Below are positions 36,500 to 50,267 of a stretch of 64,000 bases of DNA, in pieces. Both the position numbers and the translations under genes were made by a program. The notes beneath the pieces are model-generated. The model was not told the origin of the DNA and did not search any database. It saw only the letters and a list, made by a program, of their open reading frames with translations. Every line of letters begins with the position of its first letter. Within the stretch, counting starts at the first letter, position 1. The stretch is from positions 9,612,001 through 9,676,000 of the forward strand of contig NC_045696.1 in assembly GCF_009834535.1 (NCBI RefSeq), read 5' to 3'. The DNA comes from Camelus ferus. Its lineage: Eukaryota.

Positions 36500-37095
36500 T
36501 TACCAAATCATAAAAAATGTTCTCCAGTTGGTGTAGGTTTGGTGAACTCCTATATGTAGTTGGTGAGAATGTGATTCTAGGGGACAATTTGGCAATAAGT
36601 GTCAAAAGCCTTGAAAATATTGTACCTTTGACTCAGTGATCTCATTTCTAGACATTTACCCAGGAAATCATCACAAACAAGTGAAAAGACACGTAGGCCA
36701 GGAGGGATGTTCGTTGCTTTGTTATGGAAAATAAGAGAAAACTGGAAACAACCTAAATATCAAATAATAGGAGATGATTACATGAATTATGATACATGCA
36801 TGCAATAGAATACTATGTACAAAATTACACATAGAATTATACTGTAGGTGAATATTTAGAAGCATGGGAAAATGTGTACAATGCCATAAAGCAGGACAGG
36901 TGGTTACAATAAGATCTGATCTTTGGAATATATTGTCCCTTTTTTATGAATAAAAAATACAGGAGAGGGATGTAGCCTAAATACTTACCAGGCTGTTCTC
37001 TGGGTGTGAGGACAGAGGTCATTTTCATTTTCCTCTTTGTGGTTCTCTGTGTTTTCTGCAATCAATGTGAACTATGCTTGTAATTAGATTTTTAA
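36500..37095 (+). mobile_element. L1ME-like 3' end
   Basis: caatttggcaata...acctttgactcagtgatctcatttctag...aaactggaaacaacctaaat. Confidence 0.75.
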
Positions 37096-37794
37096 ATATA
37101 TTTTTATAGGGGGCATTTTGCGCCTACCCCCTCTTCATAGTCTGATGTCAATTAATCTCTCAGAAATATGGCAGTAAATATTTCATCAGAAAAGGGTCTT
37201 TAATCTCTGCCTGTCTCTCAGTCTTCTGGAGTGCGGATTTCATGGACGGTGGGGAAATTTAGGTGGGTTTTGTTCCGACGATCGTGGCGGTTTTGCGGGG
37301 ACAGGTGAGAGTCTGAAGGTAGTTGCACTTGACTGAAGGACAGCGTGCAGAGAGGTCAGCAGCAGCTCAGCCTGTCCTCTCCACCTGTAATGCAAACAGC
37401 CCACATCCAAGTTCAGCACAAAAACTTCCAGCTCTGCAAACAGGGACCAGAGAGGGTGTCTGCCCATGAGCATTATGTAACTGCTGGGGTCTTTGTACAC
37501 AGAATTACAAAGCATTACTTCCACATGCCAACCATGGAAGGAGTTCCCCTCTCTAGCAGATTGTCCGTGTTCCTTGCTTCAGAGCTCAAGCAGCCTCTCT
37601 TCTCCTGTCTTCTATCGGTTACAAGAGAATCTCCCAGGACAAGATTCTCTCCAGATTCAAGGCAAGAGGAATCAGACCCCGTCTCTTGGTGGCAGAGGGG
37701 CAAGGTCATGTTGCAGGAGAGTAGGCAGGAAGTGACATGTGTTGCATCTGTCTTTGGTGCAAGGCTGTCTGGAAAGGAGATTTGGATACATAGG

Positions 37795-37905
37795 CCTGGA
37801 GTTACCAGATCTTCTAATTTTTCAGGAGCAGCCTGCAAAAATCTTACTTTTTTAAAATCTAAAGTCTCTCATTTTTTTAATGTTGGCAACTAATTCTGAA
37901 CACTT
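37795..37905. mobile_element. MER103C-like hAT fragment
   Basis: gagttaccagatcttctaatttttcagg...tttttaatgttggcaactaattc. Confidence 0.65.
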
Positions 37906-38569
37906 CAAAGCCATAGTCCAATGTCACTTCATCCATAAAGTTTCCCCTCATCTCCTTATGAGAGTGCTTGACCCTTCTTTAAGTGGTAGCATTTTCATTT
38001 ACACTGATAAAAAAAACAAGTTTCTGACCTTTAGTATGGGCTGGGGGGAAGGGTGAGAAATAGAATGTCACTTAGAGAGGGGCGATGATGAAGTCAAGAG
38101 GAAGACAAAGTTGGTGATTCTAGCAAGGAAACCAAAGAAGGACGAGGGTTCTAGAGGAGAGAATAACAAAGCAGGTGGAGGTCACCCTTGACTAGAAAAG
38201 AGGCTATGTCTTCTTACCCAAAAGGAAGGAAGGGAGGAGAAAAGGGGGTGAAGGAAGGCTCATCCCCTGGGAAACAGCACTTTGCTGCGTGCAGATGGTG
38301 TCCCGGGCATTGTCCAGGCCGTCTTTCAGGACTGGGGGCATCCGTGAGCCCAGTCGTGAGCCTTCGTGGTGCTTATCTTCTCGTGGGCTGCCCTGTCTTC
38401 TCAGGGGGGCCGGGTGTGTGCTGAGGATGAGATGGGAGCTGGTGAGGGCACTGAGGGCCCAGAGGAGCCCAAGGGTAGGAGCCGCCACTGTGGGCAGAGG
38501 GCCAGGGAGCTCTCTGGAGCGGATTACCAGCCCTGCAGAGATTCCCGAGCTCAACCTCACAAGCAAGGA

Positions 38570-38896
38570 CCCGTGAACAGGGACCTTCCAAGGTCCGGGA
38601 GCCGGGACACCGGAACACTTACCGTGATCCTGTTAATTAGAGCAGAGGAAGGCCAGTGGGGTGAGGGATGAGAAACCTTTAAGTGGTGTGGCGTCAGGGG
38701 TCAGCCAGTGGAGCCCAGGATGGGGACAGATGCTCCGGGGCACAGCTCCTCGCAGGAGACCAGAGGAAACGGCTACGACTGAGCCCCGAGACCACGCCCA
38801 CCTGCTGGTTCGGCCAAGAGCCAGCATCGTGCCCGCGGCCCTGGCTGCCCGAGTGGCGGTCTGCCTGGCCATGGGATAATGTCGGCCTGTACCTCT
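38570..38896 (-). other. CpG-rich segment with a candidate non-coding exon (38623-38894) or 7-nt microexon (38623-38629)
   Basis: About 19 CpG in ~320 bp; donor ACG|GTAAGT at 38623/38622; acceptors ctaactttcttctcag (AG at 38895-38896) and ttcctctgctctaattaacag (AG at 38630-38631). Confidence 0.35.
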
Positions 38897-41800
38897 GAGA
38901 AGAAAGTTAGCCCCTGGTAGTCAAATTACACTTTAAGATACAGAATTAATGATGCTAACCAACTCTTCAATTAAAAGGAGAAACAAAATATTCATGTGAC
39001 TTTAATATTTGTTCCAATTATTAAGGACCTGAAGGAAAATTAACAGCTGCAACTTAACTGAGCAGAATGTAGGCTTTGACACATTCTGCAGCCGTATAAC
39101 AAGCAAGGGCTTTGTTGAAACTCCCATTTTTCTAAGAGCTGAGCAGTTAGAACCAGGCTGTCACAGAGGAAGCAAAGATTCACAGGGAAGACCATTACAG
39201 AGCATCACTAAGTGAATAAAAAAGGATTCACCATATACTAAAACTCAAAAGCACGAAAACTTTTTTTTTTTTTTTCCTGAGCCTACAGGTACTGGATAAT
39301 CAAATCAGTTCTTTCTTGGGCACCTTATGTAAGAGTATTCAGAAAGTTGCTTAGTTTCGGTGAAATGAGGCGTACCTTCCCAAGTTTCATTTCCAAACTT
39401 AAATTTGAACCTGGAATAAAATTCAATTCCTCACTCACCAAGCTATGCATCTGCTGGAAGCAACTTTGCAACCAATTTTCTATTGTACAGCAGAATCAAC
39501 GCCAGTTCATCCTGATGTTTCTAATCAACATGTCTTATTTTCTTCTCTGTTCCCATAACTTACAATTATTTGTGGTGCTCTCCAAACAAACCCTTCTGTT
39601 CTTCTTCTTAGAGCCTCCTTCTGGCTTGCAATTTATATATGTGGAAGTCATTTGAGGCTGGAGATCACTGATCTATTACTAAACAATTCTTCGGGTCCTC
39701 AAGAACCCCGAACCATTTAAAAATACCGAGTTCTGTCTCTTGGGCTCTCCTGGTTCACAGACAGTGTTTTAAAGAAAAGTTTAAGTTCTTAATTAGAAGG
39801 CCAAACACAGAGCCATATAATTTCTTAATTTGGATTTTGAGAAAACAAATCATTGTCTTGGTGCCACCACTGTTCTCTGCTAAAATAATTTCCACAAATG
39901 CTGGAGGACCAAAATATTTGATTCTTGCTCAGAAATCTCATCCAATAATTTGGCATTGGCACTCTCCCCCCGGGCCTTCAGCACGAGGCTCCTTCTTACA
40001 CGGCCCTGCCAGTCCCCCATTCTTCATCCCTTTGGGGTTGTTTAAAATATACGGGCATATTTTCAGCTTGAAAATATTGAAAACATTTCCAATAAGTTTT
40101 TATAATTATTGAGGTTTGAGTTTTGGAGAGCCAACTTCTCAAGTGGGCATCAGACCATGGAACTTCTTGAGAAAGCAGGCAGTCTTCACGCACCTAAAAT
40201 ACTGGGGGGCAGAGTTGGTCTGACACTACAAGTTATGTCCACGGCAAACTCAATCCAGAACCTTCCTACTTGTCTTAATCTCTCCCTTAATCTGAACCAT
40301 GCAAATTCGTGGGGTAGCAGCCGCCAAACTAAGGAGCCAGGCAATCGCCAGTGCTTAACTTAATCAGTTACGTGGCTGAATCAAAAGACAGCACAAAGAC
40401 CCAGGAAAACTCTCACAGCACGTGAATTCAGTACAAACGAGGGACCGGGTTGGAACTCTTTTCCTCTGGCTAAGGTGGCCCCAGGTGATGCGAAGTGGTA
40501 ATGTATTTTCCCAGGACATTTTTTCTCAGTGCTGAGTGGAGAAATGTAATTTTGTGGTCTCTCGAGCCATTCAACACCACTGCTTTTTGGCAAACAGAAA
40601 AATGCTTTCCTGCAGCACTCATGTCTCCATCCCCCTGGACTGAGTTTGCACAACAAAGAGAAAAAGCCCCACAAACTCGTGAGATGCTGCATGGTCCGTA
40701 GGTTTCCATTCCGTCTTCAGCTTTCCTCCATTGCATCTCCAAAAATGTCAGAGTGTTGTGAAATCCTCCAAACAAAACTGATTTTAATTCTCTGGCGTCA
40801 AAAACAAATACACATACAGCAATTGGCGGCAGGGGTCGGGGGTGCAGGGGGCTATTGAGGGAAAGGTTGTGAAATAAATAACTGTTTTCCAGCCTAGGTG
40901 GTCGTGACACCCCCAAAACTTAGGGATGATGTCTAGGAACTGCCACTTAAAGATTCACCCACTTGGGAGATGTCAGAATTAGTGAATGGACTCACAACTG
41001 GAGGGAGGGGTGTAAGGAGACAAGGAAAGCTGCCTGCTGGGAGCCGTATTAGAAATGACTTTCCAGTAAGATGGCAGCAGATGGGGATGGGGGGTGGGGT
41101 TTTAATAAGAGAACATTCTGCAAAGAATAGGGATCGGGGACTGAAAGCTGAGTCTTAAGGGATGCTTACACCCCTTCTCTTCATTCAGGCCACCCAGAGA
41201 ACTTGGAGAAGCAGCAAGCTTCGTCAGTCATTCCAAAATGTAGACACATTAAGCCATCCCTTCCCCATATCCTTTCTCCTTTATTTTCTTCTGTGTTCAA
41301 AGACAGATTGAAGTAATTTATAAAGAGAAGTTTTAAAAAGAAGTGGTTTAATGCATAGAATATAACTTCAGAGAGATCTAATGTGAAACAAAGCCACTTA
41401 TCAAAGGAGACAAAGACAACACAATTAGCTTTACTTGAGCAACACTTCCTCTGTTTCAACCTCAAAAGGCCTTCTCGGAGTCTGAGTGGTTAGAGCTGAG
41501 GGCAGGGCAGGTGCCCACCAGGATACACCCATAAGGCACAGCAGCCATAGTCCATTTTGATTGGTTGAAATCAGTCATGAAATATTTGTATTATTGCTGT
41601 TGATGGCTTCCCTGTCTCTTTGAGGACGGCAAGGCTTAAAACAAGACAACAAAATGAAGGACATGAGTTTCAGGAGGTCGATTTGGAAGCTCCATTCCAC
41701 TACTAACAGTGGGAACTTAAGCTTCAGTTTCCTTTCTTCCCCTTCCCTCTCACCCACAGTGATACAAAACATCTCAGGTAATGTGAACAATATTAACCTC

Positions 41801-42899
41801 TCGAACTGGGTGCAACAGCATCTCTTGTCCACTAGGTCACTTTGCAAGCAGGTGAAAAGGAAACCAACCAAGAAACATCAACCCAGTGGGGGACATGTCT
41901 CCAGGGGCCTTTCCCTTTAAGATAAACTAACTTAAATCAGCATTTAGATCCCTTGGTTGGTCTACATCTTGGCATTCAAGTTGGCAAGGCATTGCTACTC
42001 TTATAAAATATACAATGTCACTAATAAGGAGATAATGTAGCTTCCTCTTATGTCTGTTGAGGTATCAGTTCTTAACTAGGCATCCGGTTCCCCTTTATAT
42101 CATTGTCCCTTCAAGTGTGATAAAGATTGCTCATCAATTATGTACTCTCCCTCCCGGGGGTGGTGGTGGGGTGACTCCTGTGCCTCCGAGCCCAGAGGAA
42201 AATGCACTACCTGAGATGAGCCGAGATCTCTGTGTCATCAGGTTAGTTTCTCCCATGGTCTCCAAGAGAACTTTGAAAGTTCAGTTTCACAGCCACTTCG
42301 TATTTTATGGTGATGTCCCCATGTGATGTTCATATGTTTGTATTTGTGTACAAAGCCCTTTATTTTTCTAGATATAAAAACTTACAAATGAAGGGTAGCT
42401 GTCTTTACATTTTGAAAGACTTTCCTATTAAAGGAGCACTGGATTTAATCTCTCCTGCTCCAGAAAAAAAAAGAAATGGAACCAAAGAGCAGAGTCCACA
42501 GGAAGGTAATTCTTTTTAAAAATAAGGAAGAATTTTCCTTAATAGTTTGAGCGACTGAAAAATGGAACTACTTGCTTTAGGCTAGTGGAACCAGTTACTG
42601 GCACTGGAAGAAGACATCCCTAACACCGTATTTCAAGAGAATGGAGGCCATTCACGCAGGAAGTAAAAGTGCACCAAGTGTCTAACATGGTCCCTTCCAA
42701 CGCAAAAGCCAGTGGGAACTCCCAGCTGTGAGGCGTTCGTTTCCCCCATCGGGAGTCAGCCCACTCTCTGGAACACAACAGACTCAGTATCACATCCTCC
42801 TTCGTTTGTTCAAGCCTTCCTTTACTCCCTTTAGTTTTATAGTTTATTATTTTCTTTGTAGAAATAATTGGCTTTTTGTTTGGTTTGGTTTCTGCTTTC

Positions 42900-44180
42900 T
42901 GAGATTTAAAAATTATGGTAAAATAAAGGAATAACTTAGACTTCTATATTCCTATAATTTAGAATGAATAAAGGTGAACTTTTTTGGTCATATCTATTTC
43001 TTGTCTATTTTTTTGGAAGAAAAAAAGAAGAAAGGAAGGAAGGAAGGAGGGAGGGAAGGAGGGGGGGAAAGGGAAGGGGTGAGTCAAGGATAAATATTAG
43101 CTAACATCCCTTAAACCACCAACTCTCAAACCATTCCTCCCCACACTCCCCCAGAGACTGAAATGACCATGTATCGTGTATCATTCTATTTCTCTAAAAA
43201 ATTTTTTTCTAGGTAGATATGCATCTGTTAAAACACAGATACACACACATACACTTTGTAAGGTTTTGTTTTTTAAATATTCAAGTACATTATGTGTATA
43301 TATCCCATCAATCTGCATCTTGCTTTTTACACTTTACCTTATGTTTTTAATGACTATTAATGCCGATATGTATCAGATTTATTTATTGTTTCAAATTGTT
43401 GTGTGCTATTCCATCACAGGAGAACACCACAGTTTGTTTATCCCTATACTGAGGGATGTTTCGGTCATTTCCTTTTTTCCTGCTGTTACAAACAGTGGTG
43501 TAACAGACACCTTTGTGCATAAGATGCTTTTGAAACTACGCGGATTATCCATTGTGTATCCTGAAGCATAAATTCTAGGACACAGGGAAAACACATTGTC
43601 CTAAATGCACCAAACTCTCTCCAAGTTGCCTTCATCAATTCACATTTCCAGCAAAAATTTACCGGTTCCCCTACAACCTTGTCAACAGTTGAGAGAACTG
43701 ACCACTTAATTTTATGTAAACAATGGATAGGAAATGGCCTCTCTTTGTTCTTTTTATTTGCTTTCTCTGAGTTTGAGCATCTTTTTGTTTGTTTGCTTTC
43801 TTACTTGTTGACCATTCACATTTCCTTCTTGGACAATTAATTCATTTTTTTTTTTTAATTTTTACTTTCCTTATTGTGTGTTTTGAATAATAATTCCTAG
43901 TATAAAACGAATCTCCCAGTCTGTTTTTAAATCTTTTGCCAACAGAAATTTGTAGATTTTTCTGTACAGTTTTAAATTTTGAAGTATTTGAATATGTCTA
44001 CCTTTTTCTTTATTGTTTGGGCTTTATAAATTCTTCTTTTAGGTTTTCTCTACTCTAAGATCATGTAGACATTGTCCTTTATTTTCTTTAATAATTTTTC
44101 ACATTTAGGTCTGTAACCCGTGTAGTGTATATGTAAAGAGTACGGTTTGAGGTAGGGATCTAAGTTGCACGTATATTGGT
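42900..44180 (-). mobile_element. Old L1 (L1ME-like)
   Basis: Antisense L1: accacagtttgtttatcc...tgagcatcttttt...ggtttgaggtagggatctaa. Confidence 0.7.
43016..43080. repeat. Polypurine (GGAA/GGGA)n tract
   Basis: gaagaaaaaaagaagaaaggaaggaaggaaggagggagggaaggagggggggaaagggaagggg. Confidence 0.9.
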
Positions 44181-44479
44181 CTTCCCTCATCCCCCTTCCC
44201 TTCCCAACCTCATGAGATGTTTCTGAGATAGATTCTGTCACTCCAGAGCTGGCCTGACCTTGTCTTAGCATAATGGTCTCTGAAACACATTTTCTTGTGG
44301 CCTAAAGGGTGACAAAGTGATACAGTTCCAGCTGGCTCACAGTGTGGTACTCTTGAGCGTACCAAAATGGACTGAAGCATGGAATTATAGAGAGTAGTCC
44401 TGACATGTCACTCAAGTAGTGTGCACAGACTTACTTGCTTGGCTGGCACAGACCCTCCCCTACATGTACCCAGTATAGA

Positions 44480-44932
44480 TATTATGGGCTGAAATGTGTC
44501 CCCACCACCACCAAATTCATATGTTGAAGACTTAATCCTTAGTAACTCAGAATATGACTAGAAATGGAGCTTTTAAAAAGGTAATTGAGTTAAGTTTTTC
44601 ATTAAATTTTAATAAAATTTAAAAGTAAAGGTTAAGGTAAAACTAACTTTCAGGTAATTTTAGGGTGAGCCCTAATCTAACTCGACTGGTGTTCTCACAA
44701 GAAGAGGAAATTTGGACACAAAGAGACCATGGCAGGTGTGTGCACAGAGAAAAGACCACATGCGAACACAGCAAAAAGGTGGCTGCTTGCAAGCCAAGAT
44801 CAGGAGAAACCAAACCTGCCAACACCTTGCTCTTGGACGTCCAGACTCCAGAATTGTGACAAAATACATTTCTGCTGTTTGAGCCACCCAGTCTGTGGTT
44901 CTTTGTTTTTGGCAGTCCTGGAAAACCAATAC
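44480..44932 (+). mobile_element. MaLR solo LTR (MLT1B-like)
   Basis: ttatgggctgaaatgtgtcccc...aaattcatatgttgaag...gccacccagtctgtgg...aaaccaataca. Confidence 0.85.
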
Positions 44933-45179
44933 AGTAGGATAATCCCCGGCAAATATGGGTGAAGATCCCTGTAATTAGATACAGATAGATTTAAACTTCT
45001 CAGCATGGAGTTTGCATTTAGCAAAGTGAAAAGTATGTGCACAATTCATACCATAAGCTCACCCAAACAAAGAAGCAGGGCCAAAGAAACTCTATGAAGG
45101 TCCATATGGAGCCATTAATTTATTAGTCAATAAATCAGTCCTTCTTCAAGCTAGCCCACAGGATCTGACTCATCACAAT

Positions 45180-45645
45180 AGGTTGGATTAATTTTTATTG
45201 CTGCTGAAACAAATTTAACACAAACTTAGTGGCTTAGAACAAATCTATTATCTAACAGTTCTGGGGGTCAGAAATCCTAAAATCAAAATAAGCCTTCATT
45301 CCTTCTGGAGACTGCAGAAGATAACACATGTCCTGACCTTTTTCAGCTTCTAGAGGCCACCTAGATTCCTTGGCTTGTAGCCCCTTCCTCCATCTTCAAT
45401 ACCTCAGTCCAACTTTTGCTCTGTCCTCACATCTCCTCTTCTGACTTTGACCCTCCTGCCTCTCTCTTATAAGGACTACTGTAATTACACCAGACCCACT
45501 TGGCTAATCCAGGATAATCTCTTCCTCTCAAAATCCTTAACTTGGTCACATCTGTAGAGTCTCTTTTGCCATGTGAGGTACCATATTCACAGGTTCCAGC
45601 GATTAGGATGTGAACATCTTTGGGGGCCATTATTCTGTCTACCAC
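45180..45645 (-). mobile_element. MaLR solo LTR (MLT1C/D-like)
   Basis: cacaaacttagtggcttag...gattaggatgtgaacatctttgggggccattattctgtctaccaca. Confidence 0.85.
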
Positions 45646-45716
45646 AGTTGTAAAACAGTTCAGTAAAATAATTTTAAAAGAAAATAATTCTATTATGTTC
45701 AAAAGTAGAGGATTTT

Positions 45717-46020
45717 ACAGAAACAGACTCTCAGACATAGTAAACAATCTTACGGTTATCGGGGGGAAGAAGGTAGGAAGGGACAAATTTGGGAGTTCAA
45801 GATTTGCAAATATGAACTGCTACTATATATAAAAATGGATACAAAACAAAGTTCTTCTGAATAGCACTATATTCAATATCTTGTAATAACCTTTAATGAA
45901 TAAAGAATATGAAAACGAATATACGTACATATATGTATGACTGGGACATTGTGCTGCACACCAGAAACTGACACATTGTAACTGACTATACTTCAATTAA
46001 AAAAAAATAAAAAAGAATTA
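45717..46020 (+). mobile_element. Camelid/cetartiodactyl-type L1 3' end
   Basis: acagactctcagacatag...gtaactgactatacttcaattaaaaa; 17-bp TSD caaaagtag(a/g)ggatttt at 45700-45716 and 46021-46037. Confidence 0.9.
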
Positions 46021-47419
46021 CAAAAGTAGGGGATTTTAAAAGAATGGGAGTATAGAAAGACTTCCTGCTTCTTAACACAAGCAACAGAGGAGTTTTTAAA
46101 CTAACTTTTTAAACTATTAGTACCAGACGTCTTTCAAAATCATTTTTAAGTCCTTGTTACACTAAAAAGGTGTTGTTTGGGTTGATTTTTTTGTTTGCTT
46201 GGAGCCCTCTGTTGAGCTTTTTCCCACATCCAGTTGGATTCCATCTGTCAACACAGGCCTGTTTCTACTTAGAAGATACTCTTCCATGTGCAGCCTCGAG
46301 GCAGAAGTGTCCCAGACTACTGAAAAGCCCGCCCTGCCGCCCGTTTCTCCAGGCGGCTTGTGCAACACTGAGCCAGGTGCCAAGTCCAGAGGGCAAAGCT
46401 GTGGGGCTGGAGAGATACAAAGGCTGCTCTGGTGCAACATGGTTCCACTCCTTCAGGCCTCCTGTTATTACTGCCCCTCTCGGGCAGCGACCGGCAGCAC
46501 CTTCCTGCCACCAAAGCCCTCCAGTGTCACATGGGGGACTTGAGTGTCATCCACTGACAGCGATGGACTGCAGCCTGCCTTGGGTAGGGGGAAGGCCCTC
46601 GGGCAGAGTGAGGGGAGCACACGTGCATCTGCCAGAGTGTCAGGGGCAGGCAGCGCTCCACCACGTGCAGCGGACAGAGATGGGGGAGGGCTGATTGCTC
46701 CGGAAGGCTGGGGCATTCCCAGGGGGACACATGTTAGAACAGTTCACTCCCCAGGCCATTGACAGTGTGTGTTTTTCAGCAGCTTGTTTTCCAGAATGGC
46801 AGCTGCCCTGATCATTCGTGTGTCCCTGTCCTGGATGTGGACTCCGTGCGGGGGAGGTTACCTCATGTGCGCATCTGTGCACGTCTGTCCATCCGTCCAT
46901 ATCTGGGTACTTGCTCTTGTATATGCTAGTGTGTCCCTATGTGTAGGTCCTGCTTTTTACTAAGAAGCAAGAGCTGCCAGAGGTGGAGTCTTCTCACTGC
47001 CCGTCCAGCCTCTCCATCTCGCTGGGATGCTTCCGGAGGTGCAGCCATTTGCCAGGCACACCGGCCTTCCCAGGAAGCTGCCCCTGCCACCCTTGGGAAG
47101 GAGGAAATGCCAGATGGCCTGAACCCCTTTCCTGTTCCCCTTTTGCCCCTCTGCAGGGGAGATGTCCTGATGTCCCAGGCCTGTGGGAGAAGGCCCTCGC
47201 GTCATTCCAAACTCCCCGAGCCCCGAGATGTCTCCCTCCCAGGGCCTCCGCTCACTCTGCAGCCAGGCAGGGTCACCCGGAGGAGCCGTACTTTGGCCTC
47301 TGTCCCATGTGGGACTTTGGGTGAATTGTTTTTCTTAGTAGGTAACAGCTACTCCGAAGAAGCAGCTAAGGTACCAGCTCATTACATTCTAGAGTCTCTT
47401 TTTCCTTTTTTAAATTAAT

Positions 47420-48066
47420 AAGCCCCGCCCACGTGGTGTGTTTGTTACAATCAATGAAACTAAATTGACACATCATCCTCCAACATCCATAGTTTACATA
47501 AGGTTCACTCTTGGTGCTGTACGTTCTATGGGTTTGGACAAATACATAATGACATGTATCCACCATAACATATCAGTGCCCATTGTATACAGAATATTTT
47601 CACTGCCCTAAAAGTATTTTGTGCTCTGCTTGTTCGTTTCTCCCTCCCCACTAGCCCCAGCATCTCCTGATCTTTTTACTGTCTCCACAGTTTTTCCCTC
47701 TTCCACCAAATCATATAGTTGGAATCGCATGGTACTAGCCTTTTCAGATTGGCTTCTTTCACTTAGTATGATGCATTTAAGATTCCTTCCTGTCTTTCCA
47801 TGGCTTGATAGCTCATTGATTTTTATTACTGAATAATATTCCATTGTCTGGATGTACCAGTTTGTTTATCCGTTCGCCTACTGAAGGACATCTTGGTTGC
47901 TTCCAAGTTTGGGCCATTATGAATAAAGCTACTATAAACATCCATGTGCGGGGGTTTTGTGTAGATATGGCTTCAGCTCCTTTGGGTAAATGCTATGGAA
48001 CTCAACTGCCTGGACTATATGATAAGAGTATGTTTAGTTTTGTAAACAACTGCCGAAGTGTCCAGA
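47420..48066 (-). mobile_element. L1MC-like 3' region
   Basis: Homologous to 15385-15920; ORF 47608-47844 reads MEYYSVIKINELSSH (L1 ORF2 tail). Confidence 0.9.
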
Positions 48067-48849
48067 CTCTTTTTAAATTTAGCATTTCTGCCTAACTTTA
48101 TTTTTTACAAAGCTATTTATTAATATGTAGTAGGCGCTTGAAAACCTCATGGGAGGGCACTCTTGATTCTTCCAGAATTCCCCTACTCAAGAATGTGGAA
48201 AATTTGTGCAGGCTCCTGGCGTCTTCCCGAATCACATTTCCACTGGGAGCTATGTTTCCTGCACGTCTACGTACACCACAACCTAAGCGCCTCCTTGACT
48301 TTTTGCAAAATTTATCGTTTTTACTTGCTGATCATTTTTTACACACAAGAAAATTACTTTCTGTACTATAATTTCAAAAGGCTTACTTTGTAGCATATGT
48401 CAAGAAGAGGAGATCAACACAGTGCCCTGGGACGAGGATGATGGTGGCGGGCTAGGCACATTCATGAAGCCAAATGATTCGTTCCCAATATAAGCCTCCC
48501 TGCGGAGTCCGTTCATATTGGTGCCTCAGCAAAATGACAAGCTGCAACTTACTATGGGCTTTCTGAATCACACAGGGAAACTGAAAACTCCCAATAGGCC
48601 CACAAATTCCACATTTTTTAAAAGGTCTTATGAAACAGACTTATGTTAGTAACCCGGTCTAATCTGAGGAGTGTTACATTAGTCTGCCCTCAGAGTACAC
48701 AGTAGCATAATGACAGTATAACACGAAGAATGCTGAGAACAAGATAAAAATCATTGATCCATTTATTTTAAGAAATGAATTAAGTCCCAGTTCTGTTGGC
48801 TTCTCCACTGAGAGAAGAGGAAGCGGAAATAGGAAGCAGTTACCTACCG

Positions 48850-49960
48850 GTGTCCTTGGCAGTTATTATAATAGCTCTCCTAAGACGACTTACGATGCTG
48901 GAGAGGACATCAATTAAAATAATTTTTGTAAAGCACGATTGAACTGGCATCAGAACAAGGGATCCCTAGGAGGCCAGAAGCCTTGAGAAAGCACAAATCC
49001 AGGAAGGAGAACCAAAGTGGAGGTCACAGGCCAGTTCTTGCTGGCCTAACTCAGGTTATAAGGGGTCATGCAGGAGCCAGGGACAGGCAGGGTGAGAAGA
49101 TGACCGGGACACCCTCACGTAAGCCAAGACCATCGAAGCCAACCCTCTGAAAACTGAACCAGGGTGAAAGGTCCTGTCCCTCAGGGGGGCTGGGGAGGGG
49201 ACTGTCTGCCTCCACCTTGGCTCTGGGTGGAGCTGGAAAGAATTGTCCCCTGAGAATTTCTGCTAGCAAGCCAAAATTCACACTAGGTGGGAAGCTCCAA
49301 AGCCAGCAATGTACTTAAAGTGACACCAGCTTGGGAGTACTCCCAGGCACCCAACAGAAACAAACGCAACTCCTTATTTGAACCTAGGTCTCAAAGAATT
49401 ATCACAGATAAAGTTCTAAGGAATATGAGCTCAGCCTCAAAACTCACCAAACTCGTGAAGAAATTAGCTGCCATTAATGAAAATCAAAAGAAATCATAAA
49501 CTGTCGCATCAGATCTGCAAAGATCACAGACACTAAAAATATTAACACAGAATATGAGTTTACATAAAAATACTTACAGCAATAAATGAGGTAATTGAAT
49601 ATTTCATGAAGATATAAGAGACTATCAAAATACACCAGACAGATTTGATAAGGAGCCAAAAAGTACTATTTTTGAAATGAAAAATAGATGTAAATGCAGC
49701 ACAGAGAAACAGAGGTAAAAAGTATGAAAATTGTTAAGAGACATGGGGTTAAAGTGAGAAGATCTAATACATTACCAGATCAGAGTTTCATGAGCAGATA
49801 ACAGAAACAGTGGCTAAGAGGCAATGTTTCAAAAGACAATAACCACAAACTTTGTAGAACCAATGAAAGATATCAAGCCTCAGATCCTGAAAACCTGAAC
49901 ACCAAATTAGATAAATAAAAAGAAATCCTCACTTGATACATTGGTAGTGAAACTGAGCAA
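48850..49960 (+). mobile_element. Old L1 5' region and ORF1 remnant
   Basis: agagacatggggttaaagtgagaagatctaa...atgaaagatatcaagcctcagat...ataaataaaaagaaatcc resembles ORF1 RDM..RRSN...MKDI.PQI...INKKKS. Confidence 0.7.
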
Positions 49961-50175
49961 CAGGATTCAGCAAATTATGTCCCATGGACCAAATCCTGTC
50001 TGCTATCTAAATAAAGTTTTATTGGAACACAGCCCCTCCATTTGTTTACATATTGTTAATGGCTGCTTTCCTGCTACAATGGCGGAGTTGAGTAGTTGCA
50101 ATAGAAACTGTATGGACAGCAAAGCTGGAACTATTTATTATATGACCCTTTCCTACAAAAGTTTGCCTTCCTCTG
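49961..50175. mobile_element. MER58A-like hAT-Charlie MITE
   Basis: aaataaagttttattggaacacagcc...ggcggagttgagtagttgc...aaaagtttgcc. Confidence 0.85.
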
Positions 50176-50267
50176 TTGTAGAACATTAAAAGAAAGAGAA
50201 GTTATCAACTTACTGTTCAAATTTCTGGAGAATTAGCACAACTAGGATTTTATCTCAGATTTCTTGA

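Noticed and set aside
37345..37893. Longest ORF in the track (182 aa)
   Set aside because: Non-ATG start, no recognisable domain, and it runs into a MER103C fragment.
46170..47418. Cluster of 110-174 aa ORFs
   Set aside because: Overlapping open frames on both strands reflect GC-richness; no motifs or splice structure.
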